A stretch of DNA of 64,000 bases from a virus. Its lineage: Duplodnaviria > Caudoviricetes. A program made the translations under genes and the position numbers. Positions 1 to 8,329 of the stretch are shown one piece after another; within the stretch, counting starts at the first letter, position 1; each line of letters begins with the position of its first letter. The notes under the pieces were generated by a model that was not told the DNA's origin, made no database searches, and saw only the letters and a list, made by a program, of their open reading frames with translations. The DNA lies in IMG/VR virus record IMGVR_UViG_3300020431_000005, positions 49,898 through 113,897 of that record; one strand, given 5' to 3'.

Positions 1-252
1 ATTAACTACACTCTCAACTTCACAATGAAGTCATACCTCTACGGTCCTTACAGCACTTCCAATATTATCAGGAAGGCAATTATCCATGAAACTATTGGAG
101 ATGCTGCTGTCAATCGTAGAACTATTACACGAACATATACACCCAAAGCAGTTGTAGACATTAATACAGATGGCGTCATCGATGTAAATGATGACGCACT
201 AGTGGATGCTGGCGATGACTTTGGATTTAATGAAGGGATTGAATTCTTATGA
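1..252 (+). CDS. gp15: Tail sheath stabiliser/tail terminator gp15, C-terminal part (5' end outside window)
   Basis: Frame is open from base 1 (INYTLNFTMKSYLYGP...DDFGFNE), matching the T4-like gp15 C-terminus; lies directly upstream of gp16. Confidence 0.85.
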   Translation: MNYTLNFTMKSYLYGPYSTSNIIRKAIIHETIGDAAVNRRTITRTYTPKAVVDINTDGVIDVNDDALVDAGDDFGFNEGIEFL

Positions 253-662
253 GTAACCTAGAAGATAACATGGAGGAAATCCTCAACATTAGTGCTGAAC
301 CTGTTGAGGAATCCAAACCATCCAAACCCCAACCACCCAAGGTTGATGCTGAAGATCGTGAGAAAGATTATAGATATACACGAACAGAATTGTACTCCCT
401 CATAGACAAGGGTCAGGAGGCGGTCAACGGTGCCTTAGAGGTCGCTCAGGAGTCAGGGCACCCAAGAGCGTATGAAGTCGCTGTAGCGGCAATGAAGCAC
501 GTTGCAGACATGACAGACAAACTTGCTGATCTTCATAAGAAGATGAAGGATCTTGACGAAGATAAGAAAGGTCCATCCAAAGTTACCAACAACGCTATGT
601 TTGTAGGATCTACAGCAGAGCTTCAGAAGATGCTCAAAAATATGAGTGGAGGTAAACGCTAA
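249..662 (+). CDS. gp16: Terminase small subunit gp16
   Basis: DYRYTR..LY.LI.KG, ESGHPRAYEV and NNAMFVGSTAELQKML motifs typical of T4-like gp16. Confidence 0.92.
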   Translation: MSNLEDNMEEILNISAEPVEESKPSKPQPPKVDAEDREKDYRYTRTELYSLIDKGQEAVNGALEVAQESGHPRAYEVAVAAMKHVADMTDKLADLHKKMKDLDEDKKGPSKVTNNAMFVGSTAELQKMLKNMSGGKR

Positions 663-690
663 ATAATCTCGTACACCCTCGTCGGTTGTC

Positions 691-1116
691 ATGAGAGATT
701 ATAAAGATCTAAAAGAACTCTGTGAAGCAAAGCGCGGTCTCTACGCAAATATCCACGCAAAGCGAAAACGAGGAGAAGCACCAGCGAAGTCAGGTAGTAA
801 GGACTACCCCGCTAAGGATGCTTTTCAAAAGGCGGCGAGGACTGCCAAAGAAAGTTTTGAACTCACCACAGAAGCAGCCTGGACAAAAAAGTCAGGCAAA
901 AATAAAGAAGGAGGTCTCAATGAAAAGGGACGAAGATCTTATGAAAAGGAAAATCCAGGATCTGACCTTAAAGCACCAAGCAAGAAGGTTGGAAACCCCC
1001 GTCGCGCATCGTTCTGCGCTAGAATGAAGGGCATGAAAAAGAAGTTGACCAGTAAGAAAACTGCTAGTGATAAGGACAGCAGAATTAACAAATCATTACG
1101 TGCGTGGAATTGCTGA
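691..1116 (+). CDS. Basic hypothetical protein (DUF6321-like), probable internal head protein
   Basis: C-terminal RRASFCARMKGMKKKL...DSRINKSLRAWNC module recurrent in cyanomyoviruses; N-terminus resembles a capsid-targeting sequence. Confidence 0.65.
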   Translation: MRDYKDLKELCEAKRGLYANIHAKRKRGEAPAKSGSKDYPAKDAFQKAARTAKESFELTTEAAWTKKSGKNKEGGLNEKGRRSYEKENPGSDLKAPSKKVGNPRRASFCARMKGMKKKLTSKKTASDKDSRINKSLRAWNC

Positions 1117-1123
1117 CATACTT

Positions 1124-1171
1124 GTTAAAAGTATGTTAAAATAGAGCAATTTTACTCACACAATCTATAAT
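1124..1171 (+). promoter_or_regulatory. Putative promoter of the petE cassette with an upstream direct repeat
   Basis: TATAAT at 1166-1171; GTTAAAA repeated at 1124 and 1135 (11-bp period), overlapping inverted repeat ACATACTT/AAGTATGT (1116-1136). Confidence 0.4.
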
Positions 1172-1177
1172 TATATC

Positions 1178-1345
1178 ATGAGTTCTGATATGACAATGCG
1201 TTTAAACGACTGCGACATCACACGCCTAATCACGGCTTGCCGTCTCTATCAAGAGAAGACAGGTTCTGAGTGGATGTGGGACGAGTATAATGATCTAATC
1301 AATAAACTCAATACTTACAAAGAACAACATTCTGTATCAAAATGA
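1178..1345 (+). CDS. Small hypothetical protein (55 aa, MSSDMTMRLNDCDITRLITACRLYQEKTGSEWMW...), not in ORF track
   Basis: Read manually; its TGA overlaps the petE ATG (ATGA coupling). Confidence 0.6.
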   Translation: MSSDMTMRLNDCDITRLITACRLYQEKTGSEWMWDEYNDLINKLNTYKEQHSVSK

Positions 1346-1665
1346 AAGCTCTAATCACGTTTCTGGTTGTGTTATTTTTTGCTGCTCCGGTGTGGGCAGT
1401 GGATGTATCAATGGGTGCCGGTGGCAACCTAGTATTTGAACCTAATGAGATTACAATCTCTGCAGGAGACACAGTTCACTTCATCAATGAATCACTACCT
1501 CCTCACAATATTATTGTTGAGGCACGTCCTGATCTCTCAAGAGAAGCACTACTGTTTGCTCCAGGAGAATCACAAGATGTTGTATTTGCTGACACAGGAG
1601 ACTATAACTTCTTCTGTGGTCCTCACCAGGGCGCAGGTATGACTGGAGTTGTTCACGTAAATTAA
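1342..1665 (+). CDS. petE: Plastocyanin
   Basis: Signal peptide ending PVWA; LVFEP, PHN and FFCGPHQGAGM give the type-1 Cu ligands His/Cys/His/Met. Confidence 0.95.
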   Translation: MKALITFLVVLFFAAPVWAVDVSMGAGGNLVFEPNEITISAGDTVHFINESLPPHNIIVEARPDLSREALLFAPGESQDVVFADTGDYNFFCGPHQGAGMTGVVHVN

Positions 1666-1670
1666 ATAAC

Positions 1671-2138
1671 ATGAAACTTGGAATGATAGGTCTTGGTAAA
1701 TTGGGTGAGGGTATTTGCCGTCGCCTTATTGAATCAGGACATGAGGTTTGGGGATACCAAACCAACTACGAAAAAGCATGTGAGCAGTATGAATCAAAGT
1801 ACATTAGTGGTTGTACCACATCTATAAAGTATTTGGTTCGAGCAGTTAAATCAGATGGTCTTCAATATACTAGTGCTGGTAAAGTTCCTGGTATATTTCA
1901 ACTGACAATTCCAGAAGTAAAGGTAGATAACACACTAGATGAGTTAATACCATTACTTGAGGAGGGTGATATCATTATTGATTATAGTAGTTCCGATATA
2001 GTAAAATGCATTGAACTAGAAAAATATTGTTCTAAGTTAGGTATCTCTTATATTTTTGGTGGGGTGTATGGAGCAAGTTATGCTATCTCTACATGCTCTA
2101 AAATTTTCCAATCTTTATCACCGGGTAATATTAAATGA
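1671..2138 (+). pseudogene. gnd: Truncated, degenerate 6-phosphogluconate dehydrogenase (Rossmann domain only); pseudogene or repurposed
   Basis: MKLGMIGLGKLG Rossmann start, EGDIIID, GGVYG; only 155 aa, with no C-terminal catalytic/dimerisation domain. Confidence 0.7.
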
Positions 2139-2266
2139 CCTTATCTGATGTCTTACTTTTCGGATCACTACCCTTTCTATGTGCCACCATATATTTCGGG
2201 CACAGAAGAGGTGAAAATATCTACTATGCAAGTGACAAATATGACGGAAATGGAACAGCGCATTAG
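2135..2266 (+). CDS. NdhP-like single-TM peptide (43 aa), not in ORF track
   Basis: MTLSDVLLFGSLPFLCATIYFGHRRGENIYYASDKYDGNGTAH; ATGA-coupled to gnd; C-terminus resembles the recalled cyanobacterial NdhP tail FG..NGFYDTDQYHGNGSAH. Confidence 0.75.
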   Translation: MTLSDVLLFGSLPFLCATIYFGHRRGENIYYASDKYDGNGTAH

Positions 2267-2453
2267 GATGAGACATGCATTTGCTATGTCATCATTTGCT
2301 AGACTGTATACACCAAATAGAATAACTTTTGAGATGAGAGCATTCTGTTTAGAGTGGTCAAAAAATGAAGAGCAACCACCCCAAGGTGATTTGTATACAG
2401 TAGATCGCTATTTTTTAGAAATCTGGAAAGTTAAAAACGAAGCAAACAAATGA
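2241..2453 (+). CDS. Hypothetical protein (MTEMEQRIRMRHAFAMSSFARL...)
   Basis: 3' part of track ORF 2148..2453; start moved downstream because the upstream region is better explained by the NdhP-like ORF. Confidence 0.55.
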   Translation: MTEMEQRIRMRHAFAMSSFARLYTPNRITFEMRAFCLEWSKNEEQPPQGDLYTVDRYFLEIWKVKNEANK

Positions 2454-2539
2454 ACCATGCTATTTTTTATGGATTAATTTTATTTTGCTTCATAGTAGCA
2501 AGTATCACCTTGAGCTTAGAATATGCATATACAATCTGA
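2450..2539 (+). CDS. 29-aa hydrophobic micro-protein (weakly NdhQ-like)
   Basis: MNHAIFYGLILFCFIVASITLSLEYAYTI; ATGA-coupled to previous ORF. Confidence 0.45.
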   Translation: MNHAIFYGLILFCFIVASITLSLEYAYTI

Positions 2540-2609
2540 GTTTTTAATTATAGGATTATATTGTTTGCTTGGATTATTTTTATTCACATTATCGGTAGTA
2601 TCAGAATGA
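2523..2609 (+). CDS. 28-aa hydrophobic micro-protein
   Basis: MHIQSEFLIIGLYCLLGLFLFTLSVVSE; stop overlaps the next ATG. Confidence 0.4.
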   Translation: MHIQSEFLIIGLYCLLGLFLFTLSVVSE

Positions 2610-2764
2610 TGTTACAGTTTGCTAAATTTTGTGGTGTTGTATTAAACAACCCATATGGATTAGGGTTTCTCTCGACCATTCTAATTTTTGTTCCTATCAT
2701 AGGAATGTGGGCAGTTCATAAATATAATTGGAAACACTGGGAACCTTTCCACAAACATGAATAA
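2606..2764 (+). CDS. Small membrane protein (52 aa), cyanobacterial-type ...VPIIGMWAVHKYNWKHWEPF
   Basis: One TM helix; ATG 2606 coupled to upstream stop; part of track ORF 2561..2764. Confidence 0.6.
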   Translation: MMLQFAKFCGVVLNNPYGLGFLSTILIFVPIIGMWAVHKYNWKHWEPFHKHE

Positions 2765-2948
2765 GGAACCAGACTACAGTGTCAATTTAACAATAGAAGA
2801 TATACGTCTTTTACATCACTGTGTAATAAAGAGAATTGAACGTTGGGAAGGTTTCCCTGCTCGACCTGCCGAAGAACAAGAACACTTATGGTTCATGAGA
2901 GATTCTTTATACAGAATGATTTTAGATTACCAATTCCACCAACTATGA
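2757..2948 (+). CDS. Hypothetical protein
   Basis: 63-aa ORF in a tightly coupled + strand run. Confidence 0.6.
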   Translation: MNKEPDYSVNLTIEDIRLLHHCVIKRIERWEGFPARPAEEQEHLWFMRDSLYRMILDYQFHQL

Positions 2949-3121
2949 AATTTGAATTAACAATGGAGGATTACACAATCATCCTCAATGCGCTTCACTA
3001 TTATAAGAGAGTTGAGAAGAAAGGAAACTTTCAGCAATATGACAATGAGCGTATTAATAAGTTGAGAGACAAAATGGCATATCAATTAATTCCTTCATCA
3101 GATAGTGGTAATAGATTATGA
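2945..3121 (+). CDS. Hypothetical protein (MKFELTMEDYTIILNALHYY...)
   Basis: ATG 2945 overlaps the upstream TGA; in frame with track ORF 2843..3121. Confidence 0.6.
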   Translation: MKFELTMEDYTIILNALHYYKRVEKKGNFQQYDNERINKLRDKMAYQLIPSSDSGNRL

Positions 3122-3198
3122 TGAGTGGAATATTTGTATTTGGATTTGTTCTGCTACTCACGATAGGAATGGAACTTACTTGGCCTGTTAAGAAATGA
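3118..3198 (+). CDS. 26-aa hydrophobic micro-protein
   Basis: MMSGIFVFGFVLLLTIGMELTWPVKK; ATGA-coupled at both ends. Confidence 0.5.
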   Translation: MMSGIFVFGFVLLLTIGMELTWPVKK

Positions 3199-3404
3199 AT
3201 TTGTTATTGCGTCCTTTAGATAATGTGAATGATCCTGTATGGTCAGTGATCTTTATGGTATTCCTTGCTGTCGCAGGAGCATTCTATTGCATCTACTATA
3301 TACTAGGAATAGCATTTAAGGAATTAGAAGATGGGAGCAATGACACCACCAAGCAGGAAGAGCTGCTACAACTTCCGAGTGACGGAGATCAATCGTGTCC
3401 TTGA
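3195..3404 (+). CDS. Small membrane protein
   Basis: TM segment VWSVIFMVFLAVAGAFYCIYYILGIAF; coupled start. Confidence 0.55.
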   Translation: MNLLLRPLDNVNDPVWSVIFMVFLAVAGAFYCIYYILGIAFKELEDGSNDTTKQEELLQLPSDGDQSCP

Positions 3405-3792
3405 TGGTGATACTATTGACGTTACTATCGACCTCGGGTTTGATCTATACAAGAAAGAAAGAGTTAGAGTTGCAGGAGTTGATACGCCAGAGAAGAGAAC
3501 GAGAAATCTAGAGGAGAAAGCCCTTGGAATCGACGCAACAAACTGGCTCAAAGAAAAACTCGAAGGCACGTTGGCTGGTGATGATGAGTTGTCTGTTAGG
3601 ACTGAACTTGTTGGTGGGACTGGGAAATATGGCCGTCTTCTGGGTTGGCTTTACATCGGGGATAGCAGCGTGTCCCTTAACGAGCAAATGATTACTGAAG
3701 GTTATGCTCATGCCTATGATGGAGGCACTAAAGATATGAACCTAGAAGCACTGAAAGAAATTCGCCGTGAGCATGGAACACTAGTAGAATGA
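3331..3792 (+). CDS. Thermonuclease (SNase-like) family nuclease
   Basis: RVLDGDTIDV, RVRVAGVDTPE, GKYGRLLG and LNEQMITEGYA match staphylococcal nuclease-family motifs. Confidence 0.88.
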   Translation: MGAMTPPSRKSCYNFRVTEINRVLDGDTIDVTIDLGFDLYKKERVRVAGVDTPEKRTRNLEEKALGIDATNWLKEKLEGTLAGDDELSVRTELVGGTGKYGRLLGWLYIGDSSVSLNEQMITEGYAHAYDGGTKDMNLEALKEIRREHGTLVE

Positions 3793-3878
3793 GTGTAAAC
3801 CAACACTTATAAAAATGTAGCCAAACGATACAATATTTTTCACTACATACACTATAATGTTTGTAGTGGAACAATATT

Positions 3879-4100
3879 ATGCTTGGCATATATGTAATCA
3901 TCACTCTCATTGTCCTCATGGTAGCGTATGCTGGCATGGAAGAAACTGTGCAGTTATTTGCTTACGTAGATCTTATGATTCGATGGCAATGGGTTCAGTT
4001 TAGAATGTTTATGATGAGACGTAAATTAGAACAACAACTTATAAAGGATCTACCCAACTTCAACAAACTCGCAAAGGAATTAAAAGATGACCAACGATAA
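3879..4100 (+). CDS. Hypothetical membrane protein
   Basis: 73 aa with N-terminal TM helix. Confidence 0.6.
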   Translation: MLGIYVIITLIVLMVAYAGMEETVQLFAYVDLMIRWQWVQFRMFMMRRKLEQQLIKDLPNFNKLAKELKDDQR

Positions 4101-4386
4101 GGAACTGTCAGATCTCAGACTTGAGAGAAAAGAATGTCCTAAATGTGGTGCTACTTGGATCAACGGTAAGCATGTGTTTAGAGGCACAGCTGCGTCATAT
4201 GACAAGAGTGAATTAGACCTTGCTGGTCTTGTTTGTAATAAACTAGGTAACGAGGAATGTATCAACCCATCAAAAGGAAAAGAGGGTGGAACTACTTGGG
4301 AATACCGTTCTGGATATATTGATGGCGTTCATGCCACAAAGAAAAAAGAAATGGAGGACTTGCGCGATCAATTTGGAGATCTATAA
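4087..4386 (+). CDS. Hypothetical Cys-containing protein (CPKC...C..C)
   Basis: 99-aa ORF overlapping the upstream gene. Confidence 0.65.
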   Translation: MTNDKELSDLRLERKECPKCGATWINGKHVFRGTAASYDKSELDLAGLVCNKLGNEECINPSKGKEGGTTWEYRSGYIDGVHATKKKEMEDLRDQFGDL

Positions 4387-4389
4387 ATA
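4382..4389 (+). promoter_or_regulatory. T4-type late promoter (gp17)
   Basis: Exact TATAAATA about 25 nt upstream of gp17. Confidence 0.75.
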
Positions 4390-4413
4390 CTAGTGGTGAA
4401 CTAGGTTTTTGTT

Positions 4414-6066
4414 TTGGCAACTGGTACTGATGTATATTTGGGTAATCCCAACCTTAAAAAGGCTGGGACCCCAATACAATTTACAAAAAAGCAAATTGAT
4501 GAGTGGATCAAGTGTAAGAATGATCCCATCTACTTTGCGATGAACTATATAAAAATCATCTCTCTTGACGAAGGTTTGGTGCCTTTTGAGATGTATGATT
4601 TTCAAAAAAAGATTTTGAGCGATTTTCATGAAACAAGATTTAACATCGCAAAGCTCCCAAGACAAACAGGGAAGTCTACTACGGTTGTCGCTTATCTTCT
4701 TTATTACGCAATTTTTTACGATAGTGTTAATATTGGTATTCTTGCAAACAAGGCATCTACCGCTAGGGAACTGCTAGGAAGATTACAACTTGCTTATGAA
4801 AATCTACCAAAGTGGATGCAGCATGGTGTATTGGTGTGGAACAAAGGTAATGTGGAGTTAGAAAATGGCAGTAAGATATTGGCAGCTTCTACATCTGCAA
4901 GTGCTGTCCGAGGCATGTCGTTTAACATTCTCTTCCTCGATGAGTTCGCCTTCGTTCCAAACCATGTTGCAGAGCAATTCTTTGCCTCTGTTTATCCTAC
5001 TATTACTTCTGGTAAATCAACGAAAGTAATTATCATCTCTACGCCTAATGGGATGAATCACTTCTACAAGATGTGGGAGGATGCTAGGCGTGGTAAAAAT
5101 GATTACACTACAAACGAAGTTCACTGGTCTCAAGTACCTGGCAGAGATGCTAAGTGGAAAGAAGAGACGATTAAGAACACATCCCCAAGACAGTTCGCAC
5201 AAGAGTTTGAGTGCGACTTTCTTGGATCTGCTGACACTTTAATTAGTCCAGCAAAACTACAAACTATACCATTCGCTGATCCGATTAAATCAAATGCTGG
5301 ACTTGATATCTATGAGAGAGTCGAAAAGGATCACGAATATATTATTACTGTTGATGTTGCCAGAGGAATTGGTGGGGACTATTCTGCTTTCCTCGTGTTT
5401 GATATCACCACGATGCCGTATAAGATCGTTGCAAAGTACAGAAATAATGAGATTAAACCTATACTGTTTCCCTCAGTAATTTTTCAAATTTGTAAAGAAT
5501 ATAACAACCCATACGTTCTGGTAGAAGTAAATGACATTGGTGATAGTATCGCTGCTACTCTTAATTACGATCTTGAATATCCTAACGTACTTATGTGTGC
5601 GATGCGTGGTAGAGCAGGTCAAGTCGTGGGGCAAGGATTCTCAGGAACAAAAACACAACTAGGTGTCAAGATGAGTGTAACGGTCAAGAAGATCGGTTGC
5701 TCTAATCTCAAAGCTATTATTGAAGAAGACAAATTAATATTCAATGACTTCCAGATCTTCCAAGAACTTACTACGTTTGTGCAGAAGAAACAAGCATGGG
5801 AAGCAGACGAAGGATATCATGATGACCTTGTAATGTGTATGGTTCTCTTCGCATGGTTAGTCATGCAAGAATACTTTAAGGAGATGACCGATCAGGATAT
5901 CAGAAGGAGAATTTATGATGAACAACGTAATCAAATAGAACAGGACATGGCTCCATTTGGTTTCCTTGATGACGGCATGGGTGATGATACTTTTGTTGAT
6001 GGAGATGGCAATCTTTGGGAGTATGGAGACAAGCAAGAAGAAGTCGGATACATGTGGAACTACTGA
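4414..6066 (+). CDS. gp17: Terminase large subunit gp17 (TTG start)
   Basis: YLGNPNLK, Walker A PRQTGKST, Walker B ILFLDEFAF, nuclease VDVARG...HDDLVM. Confidence 0.97.
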   Translation: MATGTDVYLGNPNLKKAGTPIQFTKKQIDEWIKCKNDPIYFAMNYIKIISLDEGLVPFEMYDFQKKILSDFHETRFNIAKLPRQTGKSTTVVAYLLYYAIFYDSVNIGILANKASTARELLGRLQLAYENLPKWMQHGVLVWNKGNVELENGSKILAASTSASAVRGMSFNILFLDEFAFVPNHVAEQFFASVYPTITSGKSTKVIIISTPNGMNHFYKMWEDARRGKNDYTTNEVHWSQVPGRDAKWKEETIKNTSPRQFAQEFECDFLGSADTLISPAKLQTIPFADPIKSNAGLDIYERVEKDHEYIITVDVARGIGGDYSAFLVFDITTMPYKIVAKYRNNEIKPILFPSVIFQICKEYNNPYVLVEVNDIGDSIAATLNYDLEYPNVLMCAMRGRAGQVVGQGFSGTKTQLGVKMSVTVKKIGCSNLKAIIEEDKLIFNDFQIFQELTTFVQKKQAWEADEGYHDDLVMCMVLFAWLVMQEYFKEMTDQDIRRRIYDEQRNQIEQDMAPFGFLDDGMGDDTFVDGDGNLWEYGDKQEEVGYMWNY

Positions 6067-6296
6067 TGAATATTGAAGATCAATTTTCACTGGAACATAT
6101 TCTGTTTAAAGAAAGAAAATGTAGATCATGTGGAATTAAAAAAGATCTTATCGAAGATTTTTATCTTACCAGAAAAACTAAGAAAGGACATCCATCAGCA
6201 TACGCATACGAATGTAAGGAGTGTACTGTCAAAAGGGTTATGGAATCTAGAAAAAAGAGAGATCCGTTTCATGATTGGGGATATCCAGATTGGTAG
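6066..6296 (+). CDS. Zn-finger (CxxC...CxxC) hypothetical protein
   Basis: CRSC...YECKEC; ATG overlaps the gp17 stop. Confidence 0.65.
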   Translation: MNIEDQFSLEHILFKERKCRSCGIKKDLIEDFYLTRKTKKGHPSAYAYECKECTVKRVMESRKKRDPFHDWGYPDW

Positions 6297-6377
6297 TTCA
6301 TGCATAGTTCACCACCTCTGAAACATTCAAAAATCTAAATAGATTTAGATAAATTTGATATCTAAAGAGGTATAAAC

Positions 6378-8294
6378 ATGGCAAGTCAAGTCTCGCCTGG
6401 TGTTGTTATTAGAGAGAGTGATTTGTCCAATGCAGTTGTTGTAGGCGATGTAGCTATTACTGGCGCTATTGCTTCCTCATTCCGCAAAGGACCCGTAGGC
6501 AAAATTACAAACGTTAGTACCGAAAGGGAACTAATCGACACATTTGGAGCACCATCCGAGGCTAACGCTGGAGATTGGTTGGTTGCTTCAGAATTCCTCC
6601 GTTATGGTGGAAGACTAGCAGTTGTTAGAGCAGCAACTGCAGTTGTTAACGCAACAGAATCTGGCACTGGTGTTCTTATCGCTGACAAGGATGCATTTGA
6701 TGCTGGAGTAACTTCAGAAAAATTTGCTGCTAGAGATGCAGGTGCAGATGGAAACAACCTTAGTGTTGTTATCATAGACAGAGGTCCTGATTACACCATC
6801 AACAAAACCGGTCATGGTCTAGCAGTCGGTGGCACATACACTGACGACGCTGCTGTAGCACACGAAGTTTATGAACTAAATGGTGCTAACAGTTTCAGAA
6901 TTATTAAAGGAAGTGCTGCTCCAACTCCTGCTGCAGGAGATACTGCTGTTCTATATTCAGCATCTGATTGGAACGCACGTCAGATTGGATCAACTGGTTT
7001 GACATTCAAATCAATTGCTCCTCGTCCTGGAACTTCTGCATACGCAACTGAGCGTTTCTTGTCATATGACGAAGTGCATGTTGCTGTAGTTAATACTGCA
7101 ACCAATACAGTTCTTGAGAGAATGACATATCTCTCCAAACTTACCGATGGTAAGTCTCCCGAAGGTAATTCAACTTACTGGAAGGATTATGTAAATCAGT
7201 ATTCTGGTTATATTTACGCTGGTGCTGCTCTAAGTGGAACCGAAATTACAACTGCCGGAGAAGATCCCGGTGCTGCAGCTGCCTCTTATGGTGCTACTTC
7301 AGGATCTCCATTGGTATTAGCAAGAATTCTTCCTACTGCAGGTGGAGCTCTTTCTGGTGGTACTGATGACTATGCATATACTGCTGGCGAAGTTAGTGCT
7401 GCATACGATTTATTCTTAGATACAGAAGCAACGGATGTTGATTTTGTTCTTATGGGTGGCGATGCTGCTGACGAAACAGACACAATTGCTAAAGCAGCTT
7501 CTGTTGCTGCTGTTGCTAATAGCAGAAAAGATTGTGTTGCATTCATCTCACCATGGACCGGTGCTCAAATTGCAACCTCTGGTGGCAGTGCATTAACTCC
7601 AACACAACAACTAGCAAATACACTAGAGTTCTTTGAAAGCATTGGTTCTAGTTCCTTTGTTGTTCTAGACAGTGGTGTTAAGTATACATACGATCGCTTT
7701 AATGACAAGTATCGTTATGTTGGTTGTAATGGTGATGTTGCTGGTTTATGCGTTTCAACTTCTGCAATTCTAGATGACTGGTTCTCACCAGCAGGTCTAA
7801 ACCGTGGTGGTTTGCAAAACGTTGTTAAGTTGGCATTCAATCCCAACAAAGCACAACGCGATGATCTCTATACAAATAGAATCAACCCAATCGTTTCATT
7901 CCCTGGTTCTGGTCCTGTTCTCTTTGGAGATAAGACTGGTCTTGCTTCACCTTCTGCATTCGATCGTATCAACGTTCGCCGTCTCTTCCTCAATGTTGAG
8001 AAGAGAGCAAGAGCTCTCGCAGAAAGCGTACTGTTTGAGCAGAATGATCCGGTAACACGTTCTAATTTTAATTCTTCTATTGCTTCTTATCTTTCCGAGA
8101 TTCAAGCACGTAGAGGTTTAACAGATTATCTAGTTGTTTGCGATGGAACAAACAACACTCCTGAAGTTATCGACAGGAACGAATTCGTTGCTGAACTATA
8201 CCTCAAGCCCACCCGCTCTATTAACTACGTAACTGTCACAGTGACTGCTACGAAGACGGGTGTTTCCTTTGAGGAAGTAGTCGGTAGAGGTTAA
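6378..8294 (+). CDS. gp18: Tail sheath protein gp18
   Basis: SPGVVIRE start, WFSPAGLNRG, FDRINVRRLF, KPTRSINY. Confidence 0.97.
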   Translation: MASQVSPGVVIRESDLSNAVVVGDVAITGAIASSFRKGPVGKITNVSTERELIDTFGAPSEANAGDWLVASEFLRYGGRLAVVRAATAVVNATESGTGVLIADKDAFDAGVTSEKFAARDAGADGNNLSVVIIDRGPDYTINKTGHGLAVGGTYTDDAAVAHEVYELNGANSFRIIKGSAAPTPAAGDTAVLYSASDWNARQIGSTGLTFKSIAPRPGTSAYATERFLSYDEVHVAVVNTATNTVLERMTYLSKLTDGKSPEGNSTYWKDYVNQYSGYIYAGAALSGTEITTAGEDPGAAAASYGATSGSPLVLARILPTAGGALSGGTDDYAYTAGEVSAAYDLFLDTEATDVDFVLMGGDAADETDTIAKAASVAAVANSRKDCVAFISPWTGAQIATSGGSALTPTQQLANTLEFFESIGSSSFVVLDSGVKYTYDRFNDKYRYVGCNGDVAGLCVSTSAILDDWFSPAGLNRGGLQNVVKLAFNPNKAQRDDLYTNRINPIVSFPGSGPVLFGDKTGLASPSAFDRINVRRLFLNVEKRARALAESVLFEQNDPVTRSNFNSSIASYLSEIQARRGLTDYLVVCDGTNNTPEVIDRNEFVAELYLKPTRSINYVTVTVTATKTGVSFEEVVGRG

Positions 8295-8329
8295 TCAATA
8301 CTAGATAAAACATAACGAGGTAAACAACA

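Noticed and set aside
722-1027. 101-aa alternative + frame within ORF 691..1116
   Set aside because: No SD, TM segment or motif, unlike the 48329 overprint candidate
2148-2240. N-terminal extension of track ORF 2148..2453
   Set aside because: Better explained by the overlapping NdhP-like frame 2135..2266, which is coupled to the gnd stop
3816-3832. TGTA...TACA resembling an NtcA box
   Set aside because: Spacer between GTA and TAC is 9 nt, not the canonical 8
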